Below the pieces are notes generated by a model. That model worked only from the letters and a program-made list of their open reading frames with translations, had not been told where the DNA came from and did not search any database. From Methanocorpusculum sp. MCE (GTDB taxonomy: Archaea > Halobacteriota > Methanomicrobia > Methanomicrobiales > Methanocorpusculaceae), in assembly GCA_003315675.1 (NCBI GenBank), contig NIZU01000014.1, positions 1 to 55,299 on the forward strand: a stretch of DNA of 55,299 bases, in the 5' to 3' direction. This document shows, piece after piece, positions 1 through 10,019 of the stretch; positions within the stretch are counted from its first letter, which is position 1, and each line of letters starts with the position of its first letter. The position numbers and the translations under genes were made by a program.

Positions 1-103
1 ATGGGTATTCTTCTTTTTTTTGGGGGGGTGAGGGGGTATGGATGTAGCCAATCTTCCTTAAATCATGATTCGCGTTAAAAAATGGGTTGATAGATATTCT
101 CGT

Positions 104-140
104 ACTTTCTGTCAAAAAAAAGGTTGTTAGAAATTCTCAA
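104..140 (+). repeat. Single arm of the inverted-repeat (MITE-like) element seen at 49811-49920
   Basis: actttctgtcaaaaaaaaggttgttagaaattctcaa resembles tttctgtcgaaaaaacgggttgttagaaaatctcaa (49885-49920). Confidence 0.7.
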
Positions 141-195
141 AATGGTATTCAATATCGGTTAAATTGCTGGAAAACAGGAGGGAGAAAAAAAAGGA

Positions 196-693
196 ACGGA
201 TTTTAGTAATGTTGCATTAGGTACATACCGAATAGATACGCTTACAAAAACTCGGATTGAAAAAAATATTCGAGTTTATAGATGGAACGATTGGTATAAA
301 AATCATAAATTTTTACAAATCATAATGCGCCCGTTCTGGTTCCTGACTGACTATGGGGCATCTACCATAAGACCAGTCTGTGCATTTGTTTTGTGGAATA
401 CAATATTCGCAATAATTTATTTTTTATGGCTTGGGAATGATTTTAATGAATTAATGACTCAGTATACAAGTCCATTTTTGACAAATATAGGGGGTAATAT
501 TATCATATTCCTTACCGATTGGATGAAATCTAATCTTATGATTATTAGCTTGACTGATATGGCCACCACGAAGATTGAATCTTTTACATTATTCTTTGTC
601 TTCCTTCATGTCTTCGTAGGGTATTTCATCCTTGCTGCATTAGTTGCCAGATTGAGTATCATGTTTCAGAATCTTAGTCCAAATAATGAATGA
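196..693 (+). pseudogene. 5'-truncated paralog of the pentapeptide-repeat membrane protein at 4319-5446
   Basis: Frame of ORF 325-693 extends upstream as TDFSNVALGTYRIDTLTKTRIEKNIR..W..WY, aligning to TDFTGTALSATRIDPNLRTRLVRNIR..W..WY; shared FW.LTDYG.ST and GYFILAAL..RL.IMFQNLSP; in-frame TAA at 160-162 and no pentapeptide N-terminus. Confidence 0.75.
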
Positions 694-831
694 AAAAATA
701 CACAAAAAATTTCATTCATTCCATCACGTTTTTGAATTTACTTTCCAACTATTCATTATCTAATTTATTTCAAGCGAAATCAGTCATATACTCCCACAAA
801 CAAGAATACCTATCCCAAATACAAAACCCAG

Positions 832-880
832 GGATATCTCCACCGGGGGACGCTCCGCGCCGAAGTCGCGTCCCCGCACC
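832..880 (+). repeat. Family A palindromic repeat, copy A1
   Basis: ggatatctccaccgggggacgctccgcgccgaagtcgcgtccccgcacc. Confidence 0.9.
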
Positions 881-960
881 ACGAAAAAGAGAGATAGATT
901 ACAACGTGTGATTCCTCATATTAAAAAAAGTATTTTGACCAAAAAAGTCAGCATCGGTTT

Positions 961-1836
961 TTATGCCGATTTCTTTTCCGCCCGTTTTTTCTTATACTGC
1001 AGACCGGCGAGGATCCCTGCGCCGAGCAAAAAGAAGAGGATACTGAACGTCTCGATGCTCATCGGGGGTCTTGGCACGTCAAGCGTGGTCGCCCCGAGAA
1101 CGATCGCATACAGTGAGCCGATCAAAAGCCCAATGCTGAGATAGATCGTCTGCGAGCGGTATTTTTCCAGACAGTGCCGCAGAAGTTTCGCGATAAAAAC
1201 GAGCCCCGTGATCATCCCGAGACCGAAAACGATCAGCATCGGCACATACTGAAACTGCAGATGGACGACCGCACTCACTGCCGAGATCAGCGGAACGTAA
1301 AGTCCCATGATCAGAAGCATCGTCGAGCCGGAGATACCGGGGAGAACCATCACCGATATCGAAAGCACCGCGGCAATGAAAAGAAACAGGCCGAGCTGGG
1401 GAGAAATCTGTGTCAGATCGACCGAACTTTCTCTGGTCACCGGATTAAAGTACATCAGAAGAGGAACTGCCGCCACGCCGATCACTGCAAAGATACTGTG
1501 CAGATAATTTCCTTTCATGGTTTCTTTTTCCTCCATCACCACAATTGGAACGGCGCAGACGGTCAGCCCGATGAAAACCGAACTTATTTCATACACATAG
1601 GTATCGAAAAGATTTGCGAGGATCACGGCGCAGATGAGAAATGCAGCGGCCCAGCCGACGGCAAGTTTGAACAGAAACGGGAACGCGGCCTTTCGTTCTG
1701 CGATCGTCCCGGTAAGAAGATCATCCACTGAGGAGATAAATTTGTCATAAAATCCAAGTAAAAATGCGATCGTCCCGCCGGAAACTCCCGGCACGCTGTC
1801 GGCGACCGCCATGCACACCCCTCTGATAATATCCAT
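961..1836 (-). CDS. DUF368 family membrane protein
   Basis: G.CMAVADSVPGVSGGTIA motif and internal repeat MVLPGISGS; multiple TM segments. Confidence 0.9.
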   Translation of the reverse strand: MDIIRGVCMAVADSVPGVSGGTIAFLLGFYDKFISSVDDLLTGTIAERKAAFPFLFKLAVGWAAAFLICAVILANLFDTYVYEISSVFIGLTVCAVPIVVMEEKETMKGNYLHSIFAVIGVAAVPLLMYFNPVTRESSVDLTQISPQLGLFLFIAAVLSISVMVLPGISGSTMLLIMGLYVPLISAVSAVVHLQFQYVPMLIVFGLGMITGLVFIAKLLRHCLEKYRSQTIYLSIGLLIGSLYAIVLGATTLDVPRPPMSIETFSILFFLLGAGILAGLQYKKKRAEKKSA

Positions 1837-1943
1837 ACTTATCTTATGTATTGGACGTGCCTTCCATAATTAGCGTTCGTTCTCTCTGTGTCGCAACCAA
1901 GTAATTTATTCAGATAACGACCAGATATATATGTGAGATTTCC

Positions 1944-3107
1944 ATGAAATATATTCTAATTCTGGCTGACGGTGCAGCAGACGAGCCACTTGCTGAGCTT
2001 GGGGAAAAGACCCCGCTCGAAGTGGCAAATAAACCCAATCTGGACAGGATCGCCCGCGAAGGAAGATGCGGCATGCTGAAAACGGTGGACGACTCGCTGT
2101 CTCCCGGCTCGGACGTTGCCAATATGTCGATCCTCGGCTACGATCCGATGAAATACTATACAGGCCGCGGAGCGATCGAAGCGCTCAGCAGGGGGATCCC
2201 CTTTAAGGAGGGGGATCTCGCCTACCGGTGCAATCTGGTCACGGTCGAGAACGGGAAGATGAAGGATTTTGCCGCCGGCCATATCTCCAGCGCTGAGGGA
2301 GCAGAGCTTTTCGAGGCTCTCAAAGAGAAGATCCCGGAAGCAGGATGGTATTCGGGCGTCTCCTACAGAAATGTCATGATGCTTCCAAACGGCAAAGGAT
2401 CCGAGACGACCGCTCCGCACGACATCGTCGGCGAGGTCATCAATGATTATCTCCCGAAAGGAGAGGATGCCGAGCGTCTGATGAACTTCATCGTTCGGGC
2501 CTCCGATGTGTTCGAGAACCACCCGGTAAATAAAAAGCGCATCGCCGCAGGGAAAAACCCGGCGACAACGATCTGGCCCTGGAGCGGGGGATCAAAGCCT
2601 GCGATGCCGGCCTTCTCTGAAAAATATCATAAGAAGGGAGCGGTCATCTCTGCGGTCGATCTGCTGTTCGGTCTTGCGAAGTGCGCCGGCATGGAAGTCG
2701 TCACGGTCCCCGGAGCAACCGGCTATCTCGACACGAACTTCCTTGGGAAAGCTCAGGCGGCAGTCGAGACCGCGAACGGCGATGCTGACTTCGTGTACAT
2801 GCATGTCGAAGCGACGGATGAGGCAGGACACCTGGGAAGTCTTGAAGAGAAGATCAAAGCGATCGAGAATCTGGACAAGGCGATCGGTTATATCCTCGAC
2901 AACTTCGAAGGCTGCATCATGCTGATGCCCGACCACCCGACCCCGATCGCGAAAAAGACTCACACGAACGATCTGGTCCCGTTCGCGATCCGCGGTCTCG
3001 GCGAGCCGGACGATGTTCAGGTCTACAGCGAAAAAGAGGTGCAGGCGAAGGGCTCCTATGGACTTATCCAGGCGGTCGATCTCCTGGACATGGTCTTTAA
3101 GGAGTAG
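1944..3107 (+). CDS. apgM: Cofactor-independent phosphoglycerate mutase (archaeal type)
   Basis: DGAADEP..KTPLE, PGSDVANMSILGYDP, DEAGH, DHPTP motifs. Confidence 0.92.
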   Translation: MKYILILADGAADEPLAELGEKTPLEVANKPNLDRIAREGRCGMLKTVDDSLSPGSDVANMSILGYDPMKYYTGRGAIEALSRGIPFKEGDLAYRCNLVTVENGKMKDFAAGHISSAEGAELFEALKEKIPEAGWYSGVSYRNVMMLPNGKGSETTAPHDIVGEVINDYLPKGEDAERLMNFIVRASDVFENHPVNKKRIAAGKNPATTIWPWSGGSKPAMPAFSEKYHKKGAVISAVDLLFGLAKCAGMEVVTVPGATGYLDTNFLGKAQAAVETANGDADFVYMHVEATDEAGHLGSLEEKIKAIENLDKAIGYILDNFEGCIMLMPDHPTPIAKKTHTNDLVPFAIRGLGEPDDVQVYSEKEVQAKGSYGLIQAVDLLDMVFKE

Positions 3108-3111
3108 GCGG

Positions 3112-3828
3112 ATGCGGGAAGAGATCACTGCCTTCATCGAAGCGTATGTGAAAGACGCTTCCCATCTGCGAAAACCGCTGGTCGGATTTGCGGACTGCGC
3201 ATCCCCGATGTTTCCAGCCCTGAAAAGCGTCGTGATGCCGGGACATCTGATGCCGGCCGAGATCCTTTCCGATCCGACGGTCGTCATTTCCTATTTTTTG
3301 CCGTTTCAAAAGGTGGTCGCCCTCTCGAATGTTTCCGGGAGATACGCTTCGAAGCGGTGGGCCGAGTGTTATGTGGAAACGAACCGGCTGATCGCTTCCT
3401 TAAACGCTGCTTTGATCGATCATCTCAGGGATCGCGGCTATCGGGCCGCTTTTGCGCAAAACGCCGTGCATCTGGATAAAGAGATCCTGATGAGCTGCTG
3501 GTCCCAGCGGCATGTCGCAGAGATCGCGGGTCTCGGCAGGTTTGGTCTGAACAATCTTCTGATCACCCGGGTCGGTTCATGCGGCCGCTTCGGTTCGCTT
3601 GTTACGGATCTTCCCATCACGCCTGATGTGCCGGAGACAAAGGAGCGGTGTTTGTATAAACTGACCGGCAAGTGTCAAAAGTGCGTGAAAAACTGCCCAA
3701 CGGGAGCACTGACCGAGGACGGGTTCGACCGCCGGGTCTGTTTTTCGCTGTGTCAGGAGAATGAGAGGATGTACGGGGCGAACATCTGCGGGAAATGCGC
3801 CGTGGATATCCCGTGCGGTTTTCTCTGA
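3112..3828 (+). CDS. Epoxyqueuosine reductase-like 4Fe-4S protein
   Basis: WSQRHVAEIAGLGRFGLNN, C..C...CP and C..C...C clusters; ATG at 3112 just after the apgM stop. Confidence 0.75.
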   Translation: MREEITAFIEAYVKDASHLRKPLVGFADCASPMFPALKSVVMPGHLMPAEILSDPTVVISYFLPFQKVVALSNVSGRYASKRWAECYVETNRLIASLNAALIDHLRDRGYRAAFAQNAVHLDKEILMSCWSQRHVAEIAGLGRFGLNNLLITRVGSCGRFGSLVTDLPITPDVPETKERCLYKLTGKCQKCVKNCPTGALTEDGFDRRVCFSLCQENERMYGANICGKCAVDIPCGFL

Positions 3829-3858
3829 ATCGGATTTACGCGGGGTTGGGCTGTTTCT

Positions 3859-4100
3859 AATTCGGGAAGGGTATTACTGAGTGTGGATACAAGAGATTAT
3901 TTTACCGCGAATCTCCTCCAATCTTCGCGAATCGCATTTTCCTTACGTTCGGGTGCTCTGCTCCGGCTTATGCGTGCAAACCGAAGGTTTGCGTGCCGCC
4001 TCAAATGGGCACAGCCCATTTGGGCTTCGCCTGCGCAGGAATCGCACCCTCTCTTGAAAAATGCTATAGGAAAAACCGGCGTGCCGGTTTTTTCTATTTA
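3859..4100. repeat. Composite repeat cluster (CGCGAAT block, family B hairpin, further hairpins)
   Basis: 3859-3912 resembles 52447-52501; 3904-3950 is an inverted match to 5556-5602; gcaaaccgaaggtttgc 3976-3992; caaatgggc-aca-gcccatttg 4002-4022; aaaaaccggc-gt-gccggttttt 4071-4092. Confidence 0.75.
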
Positions 4101-4124
4101 GCCCCCATCCTTTTTTTTATTCGG

Positions 4125-4173
4125 GGTGCGGGGACGCGACTCCGGCGCGGAGCGGCCCGCGGTGGAGATATTC
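4125..4173 (-). repeat. Family A palindromic repeat, copy A2
   Basis: Reverse complement gaatatctccaccgcgggccgctccgcgccggagtcgcgtccccgcacc. Confidence 0.9.
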
Positions 4174-4318
4174 TAATTTTCAAAGTCTGGCGAAAGTACT
4201 CTCTTTTGTAAAGAAGAATACACCCACATCAAAATTATCAACCAAGGATTCTAATAAATAGTGCTCCTGCTACATTTTGAGTAATGATAATCATGAATAA
4301 GGGACTATTCATTCTATT

Positions 4319-5446
4319 ATGGATAAAAGACCTGAGGTGTGGAATCAGGAGCTGTATGAAAAGCTGAGTTTTGATTTTTTGATCGAGTGTGCAGAGAACA
4401 AGAGAATAGATGAGTGGAATGCTCTGTATCTGGAGTATCTGGAATCGGAATGGAAGAGGTTGTATCCAAAGAGAGAGTGGGATACAGAAAATGTTTTTGC
4501 GCTTGTGAAGAGGGATTCTGAGTTTAACAGACCTAATTTTTCGAGTAAAGATTTCCAGGAGGCAATATCCCGCGGTGTGCGTTTTATAGGAATACATCTC
4601 GAAGGGGCAATCATCTGTTTGACAGACCTCAAAGGGGCAAACTTCGAAGGGGCACACCTCGAAGTGGCAAACTTCGTGGGAGCAGACCTCAAAAAGGCAA
4701 ACTTCCTGATGGCATATCTCGAAGGGGCAGACTTCATGTTCGCCCACCTCGATGAGGCACAATTTATCTATACAATCGTTGATGGGGAGACTCTGTTTAC
4801 CGAAAACACCATAGACAAACATACAGATTTTACGGGGACTGCGCTTTCCGCGACCCGCATAGACCCGAATCTGAGAACAAGACTGGTGCGGAATATCCGG
4901 GAAATACACTGGGAAAAGTGGTATGAGAAACCGAAATTTTACCTATATCTGGGAAAGATTTCAAAGATACTATGGGATATGTGGTGCATACTCCATCCTG
5001 TCACAAATGATACCCCCAACCTAAACTCCAAAAAAATAAAAGATGAACAGCATAAATGGGAAACAAAGGGTAGCTTTATCGATACGATCATCAATAGTTT
5101 TGTCCGGCTTTTCTGGTGCCTTACGGACTACGGCAGTTCAACAATACGCGTCATCGGCATATTCTTCGCCTGGAATATTTTATGGGCCTTCATCTATCAG
5201 TTTGTTCTTCCGCTCCAGTCAAGTCCGATTCTTGAGAATGCCAGTACTACAATTCTGAACACCCCGGATATCGTCACCGCCGTCATGCAGACCAATCTCA
5301 TGGTCTTCAGCATCACTGATCTGGCAACCGAAGGGCTGGATTACCCGGCATTCATTTGCGTAACGATTCACATCGTCATCGGCTACTTCATCCTTGCAGC
5401 TCTCATCACCCGGCTTGGGATCATGTTCCAGAACCTCAGCCCGTGA
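4319..5446 (+). CDS. Pentapeptide-repeat protein with C-terminal membrane domain
   Basis: Tandem A(N/D/H)(F/L)xx repeats (LEGAII..DLKGANFEGAHLEVANFVGADLKKANF); two hydrophobic helices flanking a short re-entrant-like segment. Confidence 0.85.
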   Translation: MDKRPEVWNQELYEKLSFDFLIECAENKRIDEWNALYLEYLESEWKRLYPKREWDTENVFALVKRDSEFNRPNFSSKDFQEAISRGVRFIGIHLEGAIICLTDLKGANFEGAHLEVANFVGADLKKANFLMAYLEGADFMFAHLDEAQFIYTIVDGETLFTENTIDKHTDFTGTALSATRIDPNLRTRLVRNIREIHWEKWYEKPKFYLYLGKISKILWDMWCILHPVTNDTPNLNSKKIKDEQHKWETKGSFIDTIINSFVRLFWCLTDYGSSTIRVIGIFFAWNILWAFIYQFVLPLQSSPILENASTTILNTPDIVTAVMQTNLMVFSITDLATEGLDYPAFICVTIHIVIGYFILAALITRLGIMFQNLSP

Positions 5447-5555
5447 GAGATAAGAAAACCCCCGACGCGGGTTTTCCAGCATTTTTCGTTTCGCCATCTC
5501 GACCACGCGGAGCCGATAAGGCGGAGCGTAGGGACGCGACCGAAGGTCAAGAGGG

Positions 5556-5610
5556 CGGAACTGGAAAAATGCGATTCGCGTTAATTCGCGATTATTCGCG
5601 GTGGGATATC
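5556..5610. repeat. ATTCGCG tandem block ending in a partial inverted family A end
   Basis: gattcgcgttaattcgcgattattcgcggtgggatatc; inverted match to 3904-3950. Confidence 0.7.
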
Positions 5611-5647
5611 TCATCGTTCCAAAGAATACCTTACACGAAAAACCTTA

Positions 5648-5696
5648 GGATATCTCCACCGCGGGACGCTCCGCGCCGGAGTCGCGTCCCCGCACC
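5648..5696 (+). repeat. Family A palindromic repeat, copy A3
   Basis: ggatatctccaccgcgggacgctccgcgccggagtcgcgtccccgcacc; the following AT-rich tail (to ~5760) resembles 19552-19617. Confidence 0.92.
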
Positions 5697-5803
5697 TCGA
5701 ATAAAAATTCGCGTTAAAATAATCTTCTATCTCTACAACTAACTCTATTCTCCCAAAAATAATATTCGTATACCCTTTGGTGTATTTCGCTGATTTTCGA
5801 AAG

Positions 5804-5844
5804 TTTCGTGTTTTCGTGGACGCTTTCGTGAATTTCGTGTGATG
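5804..5844 (+). repeat. TTTCGTG tandem block (family C)
   Basis: tttcgtgttttcgtggacgctttcgtgaatttcgtgtgatg; one mismatch to 19795-19835. Confidence 0.85.
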
Positions 5845-5960
5845 ATTTATACTATCCAATGAATCCCGCTCAAATCGTAGGGACATCACTGATATGGGGA
5901 CATGCCCATAAATATCTCCAAAACTCTCGAATACAAACGCTTCAAAAAAAAAGAAAAAGT

Positions 5961-7721
5961 TTAGTCCTTCTTTTCAGAGAACTCTTCGTGATGAGCTTCC
6001 TGATATCTCTTCATCTCGAGATTGCGGAGCTCAACTCTCCGGACCTTTCCTGAGATCGTCTTTGGAAGCTCCTCCACGAACTCGATCGCACGCGGATACT
6101 TATACGGGGCGGTCGTGGTCTTGACATGGTTCTGCATCTCCTTGATCAGAACATCAGATCCCTTATATCCGTCTTTTAAGACGACGAACGCCTTGATGAT
6201 CACGCCGCGGATCGGGTCGGGGCTGCCGACGACTGCCGACTCTTTGACTGCCGGGTGCTCGATCAGCGCCGACTCGACCTCTGCCGGAGAAACACGGTAT
6301 CCGGACGATTTGATCATATCATCGTCGCGGCCCATGAACCAGAAGTAGCCGTCTTCATCGACCGTCGCCTTGTCTCCCGTGTAGTACCAGCCGTTGATGA
6401 ACACCTTCGCGGTTGCCTTCGGGTCATCCAGATACTCGGTAAACAGACCGACCGGTGAGGGGTCGCTCGTCTTGATCGCGATCCTGCCCTCGACTCCAGG
6501 CGGGACCTTATTGCCCATATCGTCGTGCAGCTCGATCTTCCAGCCCGGAGCCGGTTTGCCGATCGAACCTGGTCTGACTTCCATGCACAGGAACGTGCCG
6601 ATCACGGTCACCGTTTCCGTCTGGCCGTATGCCTCGTAGATCTTCTTGCAGGTTCCTTCCTCCCACACGCGGTTGACCTCCGGGTTCAGCGTCTCGCCGG
6701 CAGAAAGGCAGTGACGCAGCTCGGAAAAGTCGAAGGTCTCCAGATCCGCAAGGATCAGCATACGGTAGATCGTCGGCGGAGCACAGAACGTCGTGATCTC
6801 GTATTTCTCGATCAGCGGCAGAAGCTCGGTCGCATTGAACTTCCCGCGGTAGTCATAGACGAAGACGCAGGCCCCCTGCATCCACGGACCATAGAACTTA
6901 CCCCACGAGGATTTACCCCAGCCCATATCGGCGACCGTGAAGTGGAGATCGTTTTCCGTCAGATCATACCAGAACTTGCCGGTCACGATATGGCCGAGCG
7001 GATAGGCATGATTGTGCAGAACCATCTTCGGGTCGGCTGTCGTTCCCGACGAGAAGAAGATCAGCATCGGATCGGTCGTTTTGGTCCGAACGCTTCGAAC
7101 GATCGAACTAAGCTTGGTCGAGGCACGTGCCGGGTGAATCTGTTCCTTCTGATAGTTTATCCATCCGGGCGCATCGCCGTCGGTCAGGAATTTTATCTGG
7201 AGCGACGGGCAGTCGCCCGCGATCTCCTCGATCTTCCAGGCGTTCTCGGTGTTCGTGACGATCATCTTGAACCTGCCCTGGTTTATTCGGTATTTTAGAT
7301 CGTGGGGAGTTAGAATGACCGGAGACGGGCAGATCACTGCGCCGATTTTTATTGCAGCAAGCGCAAAGGTCCACCACTCGGGGACACGCGGCAGGAACAG
7401 CATGACTCTGTCGCCTTTGCCGATATGCTGTTTGAACATCATGTTCGCGATCTGGTTGGACAGATTCATCATCTGCCGGAAGGTGAAGTACTTCTCATTT
7501 CCTTCCTGATTGGTCCAGATCATGGCGAGTTTATTTCGATCCTTTTTCGCCCATGCATCAACAACGTCGAAGCCGAAGTTGTAATACTCAGGCACCGCAA
7601 TAGAGAACGTGGAATAGGTTTCCTCGTAGTCCATCATGTTGTGGGGCACAAATCCCTCGGATTTATGCTCGCGTTCAGCCGGACGATTACTGCGTCCGGC
7701 TTTGCGTGCCGTTTCGGTCAT
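5961..7721 (-). CDS. AMP-forming acyl-CoA synthetase
   Basis: FSSGTTADPK, YGQTET, TGD, GRDDDMIKSSGYR, LPKTISGK adenylate-forming motifs. Confidence 0.92.
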   Translation of the reverse strand: MTETARKAGRSNRPAEREHKSEGFVPHNMMDYEETYSTFSIAVPEYYNFGFDVVDAWAKKDRNKLAMIWTNQEGNEKYFTFRQMMNLSNQIANMMFKQHIGKGDRVMLFLPRVPEWWTFALAAIKIGAVICPSPVILTPHDLKYRINQGRFKMIVTNTENAWKIEEIAGDCPSLQIKFLTDGDAPGWINYQKEQIHPARASTKLSSIVRSVRTKTTDPMLIFFSSGTTADPKMVLHNHAYPLGHIVTGKFWYDLTENDLHFTVADMGWGKSSWGKFYGPWMQGACVFVYDYRGKFNATELLPLIEKYEITTFCAPPTIYRMLILADLETFDFSELRHCLSAGETLNPEVNRVWEEGTCKKIYEAYGQTETVTVIGTFLCMEVRPGSIGKPAPGWKIELHDDMGNKVPPGVEGRIAIKTSDPSPVGLFTEYLDDPKATAKVFINGWYYTGDKATVDEDGYFWFMGRDDDMIKSSGYRVSPAEVESALIEHPAVKESAVVGSPDPIRGVIIKAFVVLKDGYKGSDVLIKEMQNHVKTTTAPYKYPRAIEFVEELPKTISGKVRRVELRNLEMKRYQEAHHEEFSEKKD

Positions 7722-7790
7722 GGGGTAATAGTTTGCTTTTTCTTATGATAAATATAGAGGTGCTTTTTCACGGTACGCAAAAAAAGACGG

Positions 7791-8612
7791 TCAGAATTTT
7801 TTATAATAGGTTTTGTGCTGCTGCCAGCCGGGATTCATCGTTCTTCGTCCCGGGGCATATTCCCATGAGTATTGTATTGCGCCGCTGACGAACTTTTTTG
7901 CTTCGAGGACTGCGTCCCTGACCGGATAGCCGAGAGCAATATGGGCGGCGATCGCGGATGCATAGCAGCAGCCCGATCCGTGGACGTCCGTGAAAGGCGC
8001 GACCTCGCCTTCGACGAGCATCAGGCCGTTTTTATCGGCAAAGACATCGGTCCCAAGCCTGAAATGTGCATGCCCGCCTTTGATAACGGCAGCCTTCGCC
8101 CCGCGATCGATGAACCAGTATGCAGCCTCTTCCATGGATTCAGGGCCGGTGATCGCGACTCCCGAAAGGGCCGCGGCTTCCGGGAGATTCGGCGTGATCA
8201 CGGTGGTCCGCGGCAGAAGTTCGGCAGTGAGCATCTCCTGGCCGGCCAGATCCAGAAGCCGGTACTCTTTTGTTGCGAGAAGCACCGGGTCGACGACGAG
8301 GTTTCGCCCCTCTGGAATGCTTTCGGCGACGATCCCGACCGTCTCCGCATTTTTCAGCATGCCTGTTTTGTAGCAGCAGATGGGGAAATCCTCTTCGAGT
8401 GCGTCGATCTGTTTTTTGATGAAGGCCGCAGGGATGCTCGATGCGTCGAGAACGTGCGTCGCGTTCTGGGCGGTCAGGGCCGCGATCACGGTCATCCCCC
8501 ACACGCCGCAGGCGGCCATGGTTTTCAGGTCGACCTGGATCCCCGCCCCGGCGGACGGGTCGGATCCTGCGATCGTGGCGGCGAAGGCCATCGTTTTTTC
8601 GAGGGAAGTCAT
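7791..8612 (-). CDS. thiD: Hydroxymethylpyrimidine/phosphomethylpyrimidine kinase
   Basis: TIAGSDPSAGAGIQVDLK, KTGML, ITPNLPEA, HGSGC. Confidence 0.93.
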   Translation of the reverse strand: MTSLEKTMAFAATIAGSDPSAGAGIQVDLKTMAACGVWGMTVIAALTAQNATHVLDASSIPAAFIKKQIDALEEDFPICCYKTGMLKNAETVGIVAESIPEGRNLVVDPVLLATKEYRLLDLAGQEMLTAELLPRTTVITPNLPEAAALSGVAITGPESMEEAAYWFIDRGAKAAVIKGGHAHFRLGTDVFADKNGLMLVEGEVAPFTDVHGSGCCYASAIAAHIALGYPVRDAVLEAKKFVSGAIQYSWEYAPGRRTMNPGWQQHKTYYKKF

Positions 8613-8702
8613 ATCTGATATATTAGTGTGCTCCTTCAGAAAATACTTCTTCGGGAATTTAACCTCATGTCTTTATAGTCTGTCCCTTCACATCTATTTT
8701 GT

Positions 8703-10019
8703 ATGGACGTGGAAGGCTTCGTTCGGCGGAGCATGCATAAGGATATCTCTGAAGAGGATATCGAAAAACTTCTTCAGGAACGCATTCTGGATATAAAAAA
8801 TATCGATGAGGGGTTTGCACGGGAGTTCGCGAGGGCCGTCATCGAAGAAGTGAAGGTGACAAGCGGGCTGAAGGGCGATCTGTTCGAGTATGAACATGCC
8901 GGCGTTTCGATGGGCGAGTTCGGCGTGGGGTCCCGCGGCTCGGGGGATTTTTATGCGCACAGAAAGATCGCTCACGTGATCGGGCAGACCTCTGCACAGG
9001 TCGGTGTCGATCAGATGGACGACGGCGGGGTCGTCGATGCGAACGGTCAGTATATTATCACGACGGTGGACGGCATGCACTCGCGTCTGTCGGATTTCCC
9101 GTTCCTTGCGGGATTCCATGCGACCCGGGCGACGCTTCGCGATGTGTATGTGATGGGCGCAAAACCCGTCGGTCTGATCTCGGACGTGCATATCGCGGAC
9201 GACGGGGACGTGGCGAAGCTTTTCGACTACACGGCAGGAATCACGACGGTCTCGGATGCTTTAGGCGTGCCGCTTGTGGCCGGCTCGACTCTGAGAATCG
9301 GCGGGGATATGGTTCTCGGCGACCGGATGACGGGATGTGTGGGCGTTGTCGGCGTGGCAAAGCACGTGACGGCCCGCAGATCCTCGGTTCCGGGCGATGT
9401 CCTTTTGATGACGAGAGGGGCCGGCGGCGGGACGATCGCGACGGCCGCACTGTATTCCGGGAATGCGGATGTGGTCGAAGAGACGATCAATCTGCATTTC
9501 CTGAAAGCCTGCGATGCGCTGATCAACTCGGAGGTGTTCCCGCATATCCACGCGATGACGGATATTACGAACGGCGGTCTTCGGGGCGACGTGTTCGAGA
9601 TCGCGGAAACGGCGAAAGCGACGGTGGTCGTCGAAGATGCGCCGCTTAGGGGACTTATCGAGCCGAAGGTTCTTGCTTTGCTGGATAAGCTCGGGATCGA
9701 TTATCTGGGCGTGAGTCTGGATGGACTTCTCGTGATCGCGCCGCCTGAGTATGCGGACGAGATCATCCGGGTCGTCGGGACGGCGGGTGTCCCGATGGAG
9801 CGGATCGGGTTCGTCCGCGAGGGTCCGGGGGTGTCCCGGCTGATCAAGGACGGCGTGGAGGGAGAGTTCCAGCCGAAGTTCCGTGAGGCTCCGTATACGC
9901 CGGTAAAGAAGGTAGTGGACCGGCCGGGCAGGGACTTTGACGAGATGAAGAAGGGGGTCGACCGGGCGGCGAACGCGGCACGGGCGAAGAAGGAACGGAT
10001 GCTGAAGAGATTGGTGTAA
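8703..10019 (+). CDS. AIR synthase-related protein (PurM/HypE/ThiL superfamily)
   Basis: DDGGVV, TVDG, DVYVMGAKP, HAMTDITNGGLRGD motifs. Confidence 0.8.
   Translation: MDVEGFVRRSMHKDISEEDIEKLLQERILDIKNIDEGFAREFARAVIEEVKVTSGLKGDLFEYEHAGVSMGEFGVGSRGSGDFYAHRKIAHVIGQTSAQVGVDQMDDGGVVDANGQYIITTVDGMHSRLSDFPFLAGFHATRATLRDVYVMGAKPVGLISDVHIADDGDVAKLFDYTAGITTVSDALGVPLVAGSTLRIGGDMVLGDRMTGCVGVVGVAKHVTARRSSVPGDVLLMTRGAGGGTIATAALYSGNADVVEETINLHFLKACDALINSEVFPHIHAMTDITNGGLRGDVFEIAETAKATVVVEDAPLRGLIEPKVLALLDKLGIDYLGVSLDGLLVIAPPEYADEIIRVVGTAGVPMERIGFVREGPGVSRLIKDGVEGEFQPKFREAPYTPVKKVVDRPGRDFDEMKKGVDRAANAARAKKERMLKRLV

Noticed and set aside
4238..4909. 223-aa Cys-rich ORF with FEVC repeats
   Set aside because: Antisense shadow of the pentapeptide repeats.
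5804..5844. TTTCGTG blocks or family A/B repeats as CRISPR-like arrays
   Set aside because: No regular repeat-spacer periodicity; copies are dispersed or directly abutting.
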